A stretch of DNA of 40,835 nucleotides from Candidatus Latescibacterota bacterium (lineage in GTDB: Bacteria > Latescibacterota > UBA2968 > UBA8231), in assembly GCA_041661365.1 (NCBI GenBank), contig JBAZUN010000003.1, positions 1 through 40,835 of the forward strand. Direction: 5' to 3'. Below the pieces are notes generated by a model, which was not told the DNA's origin, ran no database searches, and saw nothing but the letters and a program-made list of their open reading frames with translations. Below are positions 26,315 to 35,577 of the stretch, piece after piece. The stretch's first letter is position 1, and each line of letters opens with the position of its first letter. The position numbers and the translations under genes are program-made.

Positions 26315-27339
26315 TGGCAACGCAACCGAGCCGGAGCACCAGGGACGGAGGCTCCCGGTACCGCTGGGTACAGGTCAGCGGGCAGGCCGCCTTTGCGCCC
26401 AGGGACGGGGCCGGGGCCCTGGTCTTCAACGGCCGGATGTGGCTCCTGGGAGGGTGGAATCCTCCGGACCGCGTGCACTTCCCGTGGAAGTGCAGCAACG
26501 ACGTGTGGAGCTCGGTCGACGGTGCCCGATGGGTGCTGGAGAAGGAGAACACCTTCTGCGAGGGAAGGTTCGAGCCGGAGCGCGACTGGGAGGGACGCCA
26601 CACGGCGGGGTACGCGGTGCTACGCGACCGGATGTGGATCATCGGGGGCGACCCGCTTCAGGGCCACTATCAGAACGACGTCTGGAGTTCGGCCGACGGC
26701 CGCTCCTGGCGACACGAGAACCCGGGCCGCCAGGTCCCCTGGGGACCGCGGGCCCTGCACTACACCTTGGTCTTCCGCGACCGGCTGTGGGTGATGGGCG
26801 GTCAGACCGTGCCGCAGTTCGCCCCTGCGCCGCTGCACCTGCACGACGACGTCTGGTGCTCGACCAACGGCGTGGACTGGAGCCGGATCGAGCCGGCCGG
26901 GTCTCGCTGGTGTCCCCGGGGGATGATCGGCGGCAGCGCGGTCTTCGCCGACCGGATGTGGGTCCTCGGCGGCGGCACCTACGACACCCCGGAAACCCCG
27001 TCGCGCCAGTTCTTCAGCGACGTCTGGAGCTCGGCCGACGGTCGCCACTGGGAGTGCCACTGCGAGCGCGCCCCCTGGCATCCGCGGCAGTACCACGAGG
27101 TCGCGGTCTTCGACGGCCGGCTCTGGGTTCTCGAGGGCTGGAACCAGGCCAACCGGAACGACGTGTGGTATTCCGAGGACGGGGTCGAATGGCACGAGCT
27201 GCCCGACACCCCCTGGGCACCCCGGCACGCGGCCAGCGTCTTCGTCCACGACGACGCCCTGTGGATGGTCGCCGGGAACAACATGGAAAGCGACGTCTGG
27301 CGCCTCGAGCGTCAGCCGATTTCGACTTCAAGCTCCTGA
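26314..27339 (+). CDS. Kelch-type six-bladed beta-propeller protein (cytoplasmic)
   Basis: The ATG overlaps the mazG stop (TGATG) and is preceded by GGAAGGAGG. Six repeats of the type DR(M/L)W..GG....NDVWSS.DG..W. No signal peptide. Confidence 0.8.
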   Translation: MATQPSRSTRDGGSRYRWVQVSGQAAFAPRDGAGALVFNGRMWLLGGWNPPDRVHFPWKCSNDVWSSVDGARWVLEKENTFCEGRFEPERDWEGRHTAGYAVLRDRMWIIGGDPLQGHYQNDVWSSADGRSWRHENPGRQVPWGPRALHYTLVFRDRLWVMGGQTVPQFAPAPLHLHDDVWCSTNGVDWSRIEPAGSRWCPRGMIGGSAVFADRMWVLGGGTYDTPETPSRQFFSDVWSSADGRHWECHCERAPWHPRQYHEVAVFDGRLWVLEGWNQANRNDVWYSEDGVEWHELPDTPWAPRHAASVFVHDDALWMVAGNNMESDVWRLERQPISTSSS

Positions 27340-27340
27340 C

Positions 27341-29683
27341 CTACTCCACGTGGAAGGTGGTCGGGTGCAGCCCCTTCCCCCGCGGCACCGCGGCGACGCA
27401 GACCAGCCCGACTCCGCGCCGCTTCACCACCTCGAACTCCGCCGATATCGTCGCGCCCGGTACCAGGTCGCGGAAGACCAACCGCGGCGTGCCCTTCAGA
27501 CGAGCGCTTCCCCGGGGTAGTACCTCCAGCCGCAGCCGACCACTAGCAGTCATCTCGCCGAGGTTCTCCGCCATCACCCGGTACCGGCCGTCGCCCAGGG
27601 TCTCGTACCGCGTGCGCACCAGCTCTAGCGGCCGTTCGGTAGCGTAGGGCCAATCGGCATAGGACGTCGGTCGCCCCTGTCGGTCGCGCGGCCCGGCCAG
27701 CTCCGGCGCCAGGGGCCGGAACCCCAATCCCGCGGCCGGACCGTCTGCCCGCAGCGCGAAGTCGCCGCCGTCCGGATCGACGAACAGCGGATCAGCCACG
27801 ACCGTCCCCAGGTGCTGGCCTTGATCCTGCCAGTAGGCCAGCTCGACGCCCTCGGCGAACAGCGGCATCCCGGCGCCGGGCCAGAACAGGTTACCGCGAA
27901 ACAGGTAGTGGCTCACCGGCCAGTCGCGGGCCCGCAGGGTCCCCTGGCGCCAGCAGACGACGTTGCGCTCGAAGAGGGTGGTTCGGTGTTGCTCGAGCTT
28001 GCCCGGGTTGACGTGGTCGCGGCCGGACAGGGCAAAGAGGTTGTTGCGGACCCAGTTGTCGCGGCCGTAGTGGGTGGAGAACCCGGCGCCATCGGTTCGA
28101 TAGACCAGGTTGTCCTCGATGAGGATCTCCGAGCTCCCCTCGTCCGGGTAGATCCCCCAGCCGCCGTACTGGTAGCAGCCGATGTCGTGGATCAGGTTGC
28201 CGCGGAGCACCGTGCCCGGTTGAGTCCCCAGGGTGTAGATCCCGCCGTTGTCGCTGAGCACCCGGGCGGTGTTGATGTGGTGGATGTGGTTGTACTCGAT
28301 CCGGTTCGCCATTGTGGCCGTCGGCGCGTACCCCCAGGTCCAGCCGCAGGAGATGCCGGTGTAGTTGAGGTTGAAGATGCGGTTATGGCTGATCGTGTTC
28401 CGGCCGGCGTTCCCCACCCACACGCCGATGGCGCTGGGGTGCAGCAGGGCCCCGTCGTGGATGCGGCAGTCGGTCACCGTGGTGGCCATCGGCCGGGCTG
28501 TATCGCTCTGCCCGGCTCCACCCGGACTGGTCGCCTCAAGCGCTCCCATCCATTCGTGCCCGATCCGGACCCCGCCGGCTCCCATGTCGTGGATGGCGCA
28601 GGCGACGATGCGGTTGGCCGAGGAGCCGGTGCGCACCTCGAAGCCGTACTGGGCGATGCGCGACACGTCGCACCCGTAGAAGACGCAGCGCTCGGCCCGA
28701 TCGAGGAGGACGGCGCCGGGAACCTTGAAGGCCGCCTGGATCGAGCCCGGGTCGTCCGGGCCGTAGTCCCACTCGGAGTGCTGCAGTCCGAGGTTCTCGA
28801 AGCGGACGTCGTGAACCGGGACGCCTGGTTCGCCGCGGAGCACCACCAGGCTCTCCAGCCGGGGAGCGACCACCTCGGTATGCGCGGGATCCTCCCCCGG
28901 CAGGGGTAGGTAGTACAGACGGCCGGTCGGCCGGTCCAGGTACCACTGCCCGAGGGTGTCGAGCGCCTCGAAGACGTTCTCGACGCAGTACCGGGCCAGC
29001 TCGCCCCGCTCGTCCTTGAGGCTGCCCAGACTCGGAGCCCGGAAGACGACCAGACCGCGGTCCTCGTCGATCTCCTTGATCCGGTGGTGCGCCTCGAACC
29101 AGAGCTGCAGGGCGAGGATCTTGATGTCGTTCGGATTCCGCCATCCTGCTGATAGGTGTCCCGGTTGGAAGTGGACCCGGTCCGGCCCGTGCATCCACTC
29201 CACGTGATCGCTCGCGCCCTCGGGGAGGCGGGCGAAGCGGTACCAGCCCGTGCCGGGCAAGCGGGTGCGCGGCCGCCGAGCCCCGTTGACGAAGAGCTGG
29301 GTGAACCGCCAGGTACCGGCGGCGACCTCGGGCAGGTCCGCGGTCCAGCAGGTCAGACCGGCGTGCTCCCCCACCTGCCACGAGGTCACGGCCACGCCGC
29401 CGCTGAGGACCGCCGCCTCCCCCGGATACGCCGCGTAGACCACCGGAGCCTCGGGGGTTCCCGAGTCCCGCGGTCCCAACAGCAGGGGTTCGTCCAGCGC
29501 GTGTACGCCCCGACGGATCCAGACTCGAGCCGGGCCGACGGCAGACCGGGCCCGCAGGCGGTCGCGGGCCGCCTGCACCGTGCGCAGCGGGCCATCAGAG
29601 CCATCGGCCGAGGGTGCGGCATACTCGCCGGACCAGTCGTCGCGGCCGTCGAGGGCCACGTGGAGGATCATCGCGTTACCCAT
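27341..29683 (-). CDS. right-handed parallel beta-helix repeat protein (polysaccharide lyase/hydrolase-like fold)
   Basis: 780-aa ORF with periodic beta-helix turns (e.g. NRIVACAIHDMGAGGVRIG, NTISHNRIFNLNYTGIS, NRIEYNHIHH, NLIHDIG). No signal peptide seen. The ATG at 29671 is an alternative start. Confidence 0.75.
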   Translation of the reverse strand: MGNAMILHVALDGRDDWSGEYAAPSADGSDGPLRTVQAARDRLRARSAVGPARVWIRRGVHALDEPLLLGPRDSGTPEAPVVYAAYPGEAAVLSGGVAVTSWQVGEHAGLTCWTADLPEVAAGTWRFTQLFVNGARRPRTRLPGTGWYRFARLPEGASDHVEWMHGPDRVHFQPGHLSAGWRNPNDIKILALQLWFEAHHRIKEIDEDRGLVVFRAPSLGSLKDERGELARYCVENVFEALDTLGQWYLDRPTGRLYYLPLPGEDPAHTEVVAPRLESLVVLRGEPGVPVHDVRFENLGLQHSEWDYGPDDPGSIQAAFKVPGAVLLDRAERCVFYGCDVSRIAQYGFEVRTGSSANRIVACAIHDMGAGGVRIGHEWMGALEATSPGGAGQSDTARPMATTVTDCRIHDGALLHPSAIGVWVGNAGRNTISHNRIFNLNYTGISCGWTWGYAPTATMANRIEYNHIHHINTARVLSDNGGIYTLGTQPGTVLRGNLIHDIGCYQYGGWGIYPDEGSSEILIEDNLVYRTDGAGFSTHYGRDNWVRNNLFALSGRDHVNPGKLEQHRTTLFERNVVCWRQGTLRARDWPVSHYLFRGNLFWPGAGMPLFAEGVELAYWQDQGQHLGTVVADPLFVDPDGGDFALRADGPAAGLGFRPLAPELAGPRDRQGRPTSYADWPYATERPLELVRTRYETLGDGRYRVMAENLGEMTASGRLRLEVLPRGSARLKGTPRLVFRDLVPGATISAEFEVVKRRGVGLVCVAAVPRGKGLHPTTFHVE

Positions 29684-29789
29684 CGGTTCACTTGCCTTTC
29701 AGTGACGTGTCTACAGATGCTTGGGCTCAACCGGGTCCGATCTCCGTAAGCGGAGGCCCCATGCTCGTATCCCTCGGGGCGATTACCTT

Positions 29790-29813
29790 AAAAAGCGCCG
29801 GGTCACGCGGCGC
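29790..29813 (-). terminator. Rho-independent terminator overlapping the stop codon
   Basis: Minus strand: gcgccg - cgtgacc - cggcgc followed by TTTTT. The stem includes the TGA of the 29803 CDS. Confidence 0.5.
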
Positions 29814-30723
29814 GCAGCGCTCCTGCCAGGGCCTCCAGCCCCGGAACCGTGGCCGCCTCACGTGCGGCTGCCGACTCCAGCGTGGCCACCTTGGCGTCGT
29901 CGGCCAGGGCCTTATCGCTGGCCTTCCCCACCAGCTCGGCGATCTCGCCGAAGGCCGTGGCCAGCTCGAGCGCCGGGTCCGCCACGTGGGGATGCTCGGC
30001 GGCGATCTCGCGCAGGAACCGGGAAGCCATGCCGCGACACTCGGCCCAGACCGTGCCGTTCCACCAGTTCCCGTGGCTGTTGCCGTGACCGGCCCGCACT
30101 GCGTCGATCCAGATCTGGTACGCCCGCGGTCCGGCTCCGTACGGGGACCCACTGTGGTGCTCGGGATGGCGGTGCAGATCGACGGCGTACTCCAGGCCGG
30201 CGGCCGCGGCCTGCTGCGGCGCGATCGGCTGTCCCCGCCGGAGGCTGTAGAAGTTCAGGTGGATCCCCTCGTCCAGCTCGGTCCAGGTGTCGAAGGTCAG
30301 GTGCTTGGGCGGGAAGTCGACGTGCGGGGCCCAGGGCTGGGCCGTGAGCAGGCCGGTGTCGTCGAACCCGGTGATCAACTGGTTCTCCATGTTGAGCAGC
30401 GAGCACGGCACCCCCTGACGCAGCTCGGCCATCAGGATCGCCTCAATCTCGCCGCGGGGGACCGGTCCGTTCCTGGCCCCGAAGAACCCATGGTCGATCA
30501 CCTCGATGCCGAGGTTCCCGGCCAGACGCTCGAAGGGTTCGCGGTTCCAGCAGTACGGACCGCTGGGACAGAGCACCTCGTGGATGTTGATGAGGAAGGC
30601 GTGCCCGCTGGCGCCGAAGAGGAAGGCGTCGCTGACCGGCAGGCCGTAGTAGGTGGCCACCCCGCGCAGCACCCCCAGGGCCGTGGTGTTGAAACCCGCT
30701 TGCTTGAGATTGGCCAGTTCCAT
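29803..30723 (-). CDS. hypothetical protein, possibly BtrH_N/DUF4872-like
   Basis: ATG 30723 preceded by GAGGAGGTGGAG, in frame inside ORF 29803..30924. N-terminal FNTTALGVLRGVATYYGLPVSDAFLFGASGHAF loosely recalls BtrH-like peptidase-fold proteins (unverified). Confidence 0.65.
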   Translation of the reverse strand: MELANLKQAGFNTTALGVLRGVATYYGLPVSDAFLFGASGHAFLINIHEVLCPSGPYCWNREPFERLAGNLGIEVIDHGFFGARNGPVPRGEIEAILMAELRQGVPCSLLNMENQLITGFDDTGLLTAQPWAPHVDFPPKHLTFDTWTELDEGIHLNFYSLRRGQPIAPQQAAAAGLEYAVDLHRHPEHHSGSPYGAGPRAYQIWIDAVRAGHGNSHGNWWNGTVWAECRGMASRFLREIAAEHPHVADPALELATAFGEIAELVGKASDKALADDAKVATLESAAAREAATVPGLEALAGALRAA

Positions 30724-30811
30724 GCTCCACCTCCTCGAATGCGTCCCCCGGCGACGGACCGGGCATTTTCCTGAAGAGAAGACGCGAGGGTTGACCGCGG
30801 TTAGCGACGGG

Positions 30812-30866
30812 CATTCGTCACGAATGAACCGGCTTCTGTGATACCGCGGATTAGGGACCGTGTCAA
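30812..30866 (-). promoter_or_regulatory. sigma70-like promoter plus downstream palindrome
   Basis: Minus strand: TTGACA (30861-30866) - 17 nt - TATCAC (30838-30843). The palindrome CATTCG-tca-CGAATG (30812-30826) lies just downstream of the predicted start site. Confidence 0.35.
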
Positions 30867-31009
30867 CCCCGCCGAAGGCTGGGTCGGCGACGATCACCAG
30901 ACATCGCCGGGGTGAGCTTGACAAGGTTCCGGTCGAGGGGGTTCGTTGAGCCTCCGTTGACCGAGCGTCGGCCTATCTCCGTCCCAGCGCCTCCAGACAG
31001 GAGCCTTCC

Positions 31010-32260
31010 TTGCCCAGCGAGCCCGAGCCGGCAGAACGTCCTGATGACGCCCTGAACAGACCCTCCTTCCTCGTTGGCATCGTCAGCCGTGCCCTGCCCC
31101 GCGTCGGTCTGCCCTTTTCGCGCAACCTCGCCCTGCTGGCGGCCGCGGGGTTCTGCCTCTCCTTCGGCATGGCGGCCCAGAACGCGGTGGGGAACAACTT
31201 CCAGGTCGAGACCCTGGGGATGACCGCGGCCGACCGCGGGATCATGGAAGGGGGACGCGAGGTGCCAGGCCTCTTCCTGGTCGCCATCTCGGCGCTGACC
31301 GTGGCCCTGCCCGTACCCCGCCTGGCCATGCTGACCGTGGGCACCATGGCGGTCCAGTACTTCGGCTTCTACTTCGTCGAGGACATCTGGCAGTTGATCG
31401 GCCTGGTGATGTTCGGCAGCATCGGCTTCCACCTGTGGATGCCCCTTCACCGCGAGCTGAACCTGTCCCTGGGAGACCGCTCCCACTCGGGCCGCGCCCT
31501 GGGATTCATGGGCGGCGTGGGCTCGGCCGGTGGCCTGACCGGGATGGTGATGGTCTACATCCTGGCTCCGGCCCTGGGGTACCGCGCGGTCTTCCTCGTC
31601 AGCGCGGTGGCCCTGACCGCCGCGGCCGTCCTGGTCGGCAGGGTCACCTCGCCTCGAGCGCCGGAGCACGAGCGGAGGAAGCGCCTGGTCTTCAGGCGCG
31701 AGTACGGGTTCTTCTACGTGCTCAACTTCCTCGAGGGCTCGGCCCGCCAGATCTGGGGCTCCTTCGCCATGTTCACCCTGGTGAAGTCCTACGGCATCAG
31801 CGTGCGCACGGTCACCGCCATGTTGATCGCCAACAGCCTGCTGACCGTGTACATGAACCCGCGGATCGGCGCGTGGATCGATCAGTGGGGGGAGCGGAAG
31901 GCCCTGATGGTCGGGTACAGCGGGCTGGTGCTGGTCTTCCTGGTCTTTGCCTTCACCACCACGGCCTGGCAGGCGATCGCGGTCTACTTCACCTACTCGA
32001 CCCTCTTCGCCTTCAACATGGCCACCCCGAGCTACCTCCACAAGATCGCCAGACCGGGGGAGCTGTCCCCGAGCCTGGCCATGGGGGTGACCGCCGAGCA
32101 CCTGGCAGGGGTGGCCATCCCGGTCGTCGGCGGGATGCTCTGGGTGACCTACGGGTACCGGTTCGCCTTCCTCATCGGCGCGGCCGTGGCCGTGATCTGC
32201 TTCCTGACCGTGACCCGGCTGCCGCGCGGCCGGTTGGCACCCGCTGAGGCCGTTGCTTGA
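31010..32260 (+). CDS. MFS transporter
   Basis: TTG start 6 nt after AGGAG (30999-31003). About 12 hydrophobic segments. Start uncertain. Confidence 0.8.
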   Translation: MPSEPEPAERPDDALNRPSFLVGIVSRALPRVGLPFSRNLALLAAAGFCLSFGMAAQNAVGNNFQVETLGMTAADRGIMEGGREVPGLFLVAISALTVALPVPRLAMLTVGTMAVQYFGFYFVEDIWQLIGLVMFGSIGFHLWMPLHRELNLSLGDRSHSGRALGFMGGVGSAGGLTGMVMVYILAPALGYRAVFLVSAVALTAAAVLVGRVTSPRAPEHERRKRLVFRREYGFFYVLNFLEGSARQIWGSFAMFTLVKSYGISVRTVTAMLIANSLLTVYMNPRIGAWIDQWGERKALMVGYSGLVLVFLVFAFTTTAWQAIAVYFTYSTLFAFNMATPSYLHKIARPGELSPSLAMGVTAEHLAGVAIPVVGGMLWVTYGYRFAFLIGAAVAVICFLTVTRLPRGRLAPAEAVA

Positions 32261-32269
32261 ACCTGCGCC

Positions 32270-34528
32270 TCAACCGATCTCGGCATCCAGCACCACGGCG
32301 CCGCGGCCCGGGATCTTGACCTGAAGGGTCGATCCGGCCGGGACGACCGGGAAGAGCGGGAAGCGGCTCCTGACCTGCAGCCGGGCGATCGGTCGCTCGA
32401 GGTCGACCCCGGCGAGGACGTACCCGGGCCCATCGTTCCCGAGCAGCAGCCGGATCGCTCCCCCCTCCAGCTCGAAGGCGGTCACGCGCACCCGGGCCGC
32501 GCCGCGGATCACGCGCGGGGTGCCGGTGCAGCGCCGGATCACCTCAGCGCAGGCGTCGAGGAAGGTCCCGGATACCGGGACAAAGACCAGATCCTCGAGG
32601 AAGGACAGGGGCTCGGTCACCTCTTCGCTCGAGGTCGTGCGGGGGAACGAAGGCTCCTCTCCCTCTACGGCGGTTCCGCGGTCCGACATGCGCATCGGAG
32701 TGTCCTCCGAAAGGAGGATCCGATCAGCCGGCACCCCGTAGACCGCACAGGACGCGGCGCCTCGCTCAGGTTCGTCGGCAAACCCGACCACCGGCTCGGG
32801 CAGACCGTCCGCGGGAGGACCGAGCAGGATGACCGGAGCTCGAGCGCCAGCGAGGAGCCGCTCGAGCTCGGCCACGGGCCAGAGGTGGGGATGGAGAACC
32901 AGCAGGGGACCGGTGACCTGGTCGAGATGCCCCGCATCGACCGCGGCAACGACCGGCGCGCCGTGGGCTGCCAGGGCGTGGAGCCAGCGATGCGCGGTCC
33001 AGCCACGGCTTCTGGGGAACTCCTCGAGGTGTCGGTCGAGGGCCACGTCCGACCAGACCACGGTAGCCCCGAGGACCCGCACCGGGTGAACGGCGAAGGC
33101 CAGGTCCCAGGTCTCGCGCAGCCAGCGCCACTCCTCGGGCCGGATGCCGTCGGCCAGGCAGACCACCGGCCCTCGGGTGCACGGCTCGAGAGACAGGACT
33201 GGACGCCGAGGTCTCGACGTGGTGACAGGCGCGACAGGCTCCCCTGCTACATCGGCCGAACCCGTTGGCGAACTCGCTCCTGCTGACGCGGGCGAGCCAG
33301 GCAGGGGCAAGGCTGCTGGCCCGATCGACGGCTGCGGCGCTTCGATGCGATCCGCGCCGTCGGTAGCGGACTTCCACAGGTAGAGGTTCCCGAGGGTCAG
33401 GATCTCGCGCTCGAGCGAGGTCGGCGCGTGGCGCAGGACGTTCCACTGCTCGCGGGTGTCCTTGACCCCGCACAGATTGCGCAGGGGCACCCCCGGCATG
33501 GCGGCCTTGAGCAGCAGCAGCATGGCCGCGAAGTCGTGCAGCACCCGGGCCGAGGACTCCTCGCGCTCGGTCTCCGAGGCGGCCGCGGCAGCCTCGACGA
33601 TGAACCCGTCGACCCCGGCCCGCACCAGGCGCCGGTAGTCCACCCCGTAGCGGTACACGGCCTCGAAGGGATCGCGGGTCCAGCAGGAGTTGAGCACCAC
33701 CTGCCGGCCGATACCGTGCACCGCGTCCGTCACCTTGGCCCAGAACCGGGTGAAGCGCTCGACCCGGAAGCCGCGCCACGCCGAAGACCAATGCGACCAG
33801 ATCCAGTCGGCCCGGCCGCGGATACGGGCCGGATCGCCGTCCGTTGGCGCGGCCAGCGTCGCGGGGAGCCGCAAGCCCGTGGCCGTGAGGAACTGCCCGA
33901 CCAAGTCGTCGGAATAATCCCCGTCGTAGATCGCCAGCCGCGGGTGGCCGTACCCGTCGGCCCCGTGGTACCCGTCGAAGCCGTAGTCCCGCAGCACCCG
34001 CACCAACCGATCGACGAAGAAGTCCTCATAGAGCGAGCCGTCGGCCAGCCGCTTCTGCGGACAGACCGAGGCCAGGCGCTCGCCGGTGCGCCGGACGAAC
34101 AGGATCTCCGGGTGGCGGCCCAGCCATTCGTCGCTGACGAACAGGTCAAAGACCGCCGGGTACACGGCGATCCCGTGCCGGTGCAGGGTCTCGACCAGGC
34201 CGCGCAACTGGCCCCAGGTCCAGGCCTGCCGCTCCCGCTCCTCGTTGCGCGGGTGTCCGGCATAGGAGCAGCAATCGACCGGCAGCAGCCGATCCGGATC
34301 GAGGCGATCGTGGAGGTGAACGAAGTCCGGGTTGAAGAGGAGGAGGGAGACCGCCTCGGGCACGAACCCCGTGGTGTCGAGGAACCGGTCGACCCCGTAG
34401 TCCGGGGCCGCGTGGTCAAAGCCGATCAGCTCGATCCAGAACCAGCGCTCGTGGGTCGCGGCGCCTATCCCGGTCGGGGTACGAACCGCCGTGGCGTGCC
34501 CGCAGTCCGCAGGGGGATGCTTGCTCAT
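32270..34528 (-). CDS. hypothetical two-domain protein, N-terminal glycoside-hydrolase-like TIM-barrel candidate
   Basis: ATG 34528 (MSKHPP) overlaps the stop of the upstream gene (ATGA), in frame inside ORF 32270..35152. Contains GFDGYHGADGYGHP-type segments, a Pro/Ser/Ala linker, and a C-terminal domain of about 270 aa. Confidence 0.7.
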   Translation of the reverse strand: MSKHPPADCGHATAVRTPTGIGAATHERWFWIELIGFDHAAPDYGVDRFLDTTGFVPEAVSLLLFNPDFVHLHDRLDPDRLLPVDCCSYAGHPRNEERERQAWTWGQLRGLVETLHRHGIAVYPAVFDLFVSDEWLGRHPEILFVRRTGERLASVCPQKRLADGSLYEDFFVDRLVRVLRDYGFDGYHGADGYGHPRLAIYDGDYSDDLVGQFLTATGLRLPATLAAPTDGDPARIRGRADWIWSHWSSAWRGFRVERFTRFWAKVTDAVHGIGRQVVLNSCWTRDPFEAVYRYGVDYRRLVRAGVDGFIVEAAAAASETEREESSARVLHDFAAMLLLLKAAMPGVPLRNLCGVKDTREQWNVLRHAPTSLEREILTLGNLYLWKSATDGADRIEAPQPSIGPAALPLPGSPASAGASSPTGSADVAGEPVAPVTTSRPRRPVLSLEPCTRGPVVCLADGIRPEEWRWLRETWDLAFAVHPVRVLGATVVWSDVALDRHLEEFPRSRGWTAHRWLHALAAHGAPVVAAVDAGHLDQVTGPLLVLHPHLWPVAELERLLAGARAPVILLGPPADGLPEPVVGFADEPERGAASCAVYGVPADRILLSEDTPMRMSDRGTAVEGEEPSFPRTTSSEEVTEPLSFLEDLVFVPVSGTFLDACAEVIRRCTGTPRVIRGAARVRVTAFELEGGAIRLLLGNDGPGYVLAGVDLERPIARLQVRSRFPLFPVVPAGSTLQVKIPGRGAVVLDAEIG

Positions 34529-35556
34529 GGCGCGCACACGTCGCCGTGCTGCACGGCCTGGCGGTTCGCCTCGTCGACGATCACCTGGGCCATCAGCCCG
34601 TCGTGGCCGGTGGCCAGGGCCGCCGGCGGTGCGATCCCCTGGGTGACCACGGTCGCGAAGTCGGCCAGCAACTGCGGGATGACCGCCGCGTGCCCCTCGG
34701 TGGGGAACTCCCGGGTCTCGGTCAGACCGGCGCTGACCAGGCGGACTGTATCCCGACGGGCCGCGGTGTCCCGCCGGAAGTCGATCACCCCCGCGGTTCC
34801 GACCAGCACGATGCTGTCGTGCAGGTCGCGCGGCTCGATGTAGGCGGTGTACGCGAAGCTGGCGTTCAGGGTGACCAGCACCCCCAGGTCCAGCCTCGCC
34901 TGGACGGAGATGTGCGGCGGGAAACGGACCTGCTCGCCGAACCAGGCCCCGGTGGCGTGGACCTCCTGCCAGCGGCCGCCGCCGCAGTAGTACCGGGCCA
35001 GGTCGAGATGGTGGATGCCGCAGTCCAGGCAGCCGCTGGCCTCGGTGAACCGGTGCCGGCGCTCGGCCAGCGGGCCGAAGACCTTGTGGCCGTCCCAGAA
35101 CTCGTTCATGTGCACGGCGTGGACCCGGCCGAGATGGCCGGCCTGGACCCATTCCTGGATCTGCCGGTGAACCGGGCTGTACCGGTTCTCGAAGTCCACG
35201 GCGAGGAAGCGATCGGCAGCCGCGGCCGCGGTGACCATCCGCTCTCCGTCCACCGCGTTCATGGCGATCGGCTTCTCGGTGACCACGTGCAGCCCGGTGG
35301 CCAGGGCGGCCAGGACCGGTTCGAGGTGCACCTCGCAGGGGGTGGCCACGTAGATCGCGTCGAGCTCCTCGCGGGACAGCATCTCGGCGTAGTCTTGGTA
35401 CCGCGCCAGCCCGGGCTCAGGCCACTCGAAACGCTCCAGGCTCTCGGCCGAAAGGTCGGCGACCGCGGTCAGGCGGACGTTGGGACATTCCCTGAAGGCC
35501 GGTCCCACGGCCCAGCGCGCGTGGTTCCCGCAGCCGATCAAACCGAATCGCAGCAT
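34525..35556 (-). CDS. Gfo/Idh/MocA family oxidoreductase
   Basis: ATG 35556 preceded by AGGAGGAGGA. Rossmann N-terminus MLRFGLIGCGNHA and an EKP motif (VVTEKPIA). Confidence 0.9.
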   Translation of the reverse strand: MLRFGLIGCGNHARWAVGPAFRECPNVRLTAVADLSAESLERFEWPEPGLARYQDYAEMLSREELDAIYVATPCEVHLEPVLAALATGLHVVTEKPIAMNAVDGERMVTAAAAADRFLAVDFENRYSPVHRQIQEWVQAGHLGRVHAVHMNEFWDGHKVFGPLAERRHRFTEASGCLDCGIHHLDLARYYCGGGRWQEVHATGAWFGEQVRFPPHISVQARLDLGVLVTLNASFAYTAYIEPRDLHDSIVLVGTAGVIDFRRDTAARRDTVRLVSAGLTETREFPTEGHAAVIPQLLADFATVVTQGIAPPAALATGHDGLMAQVIVDEANRQAVQHGDVCAP

Positions 35557-35577
35557 CGTCCTCCTCCTGTTCCCCAA

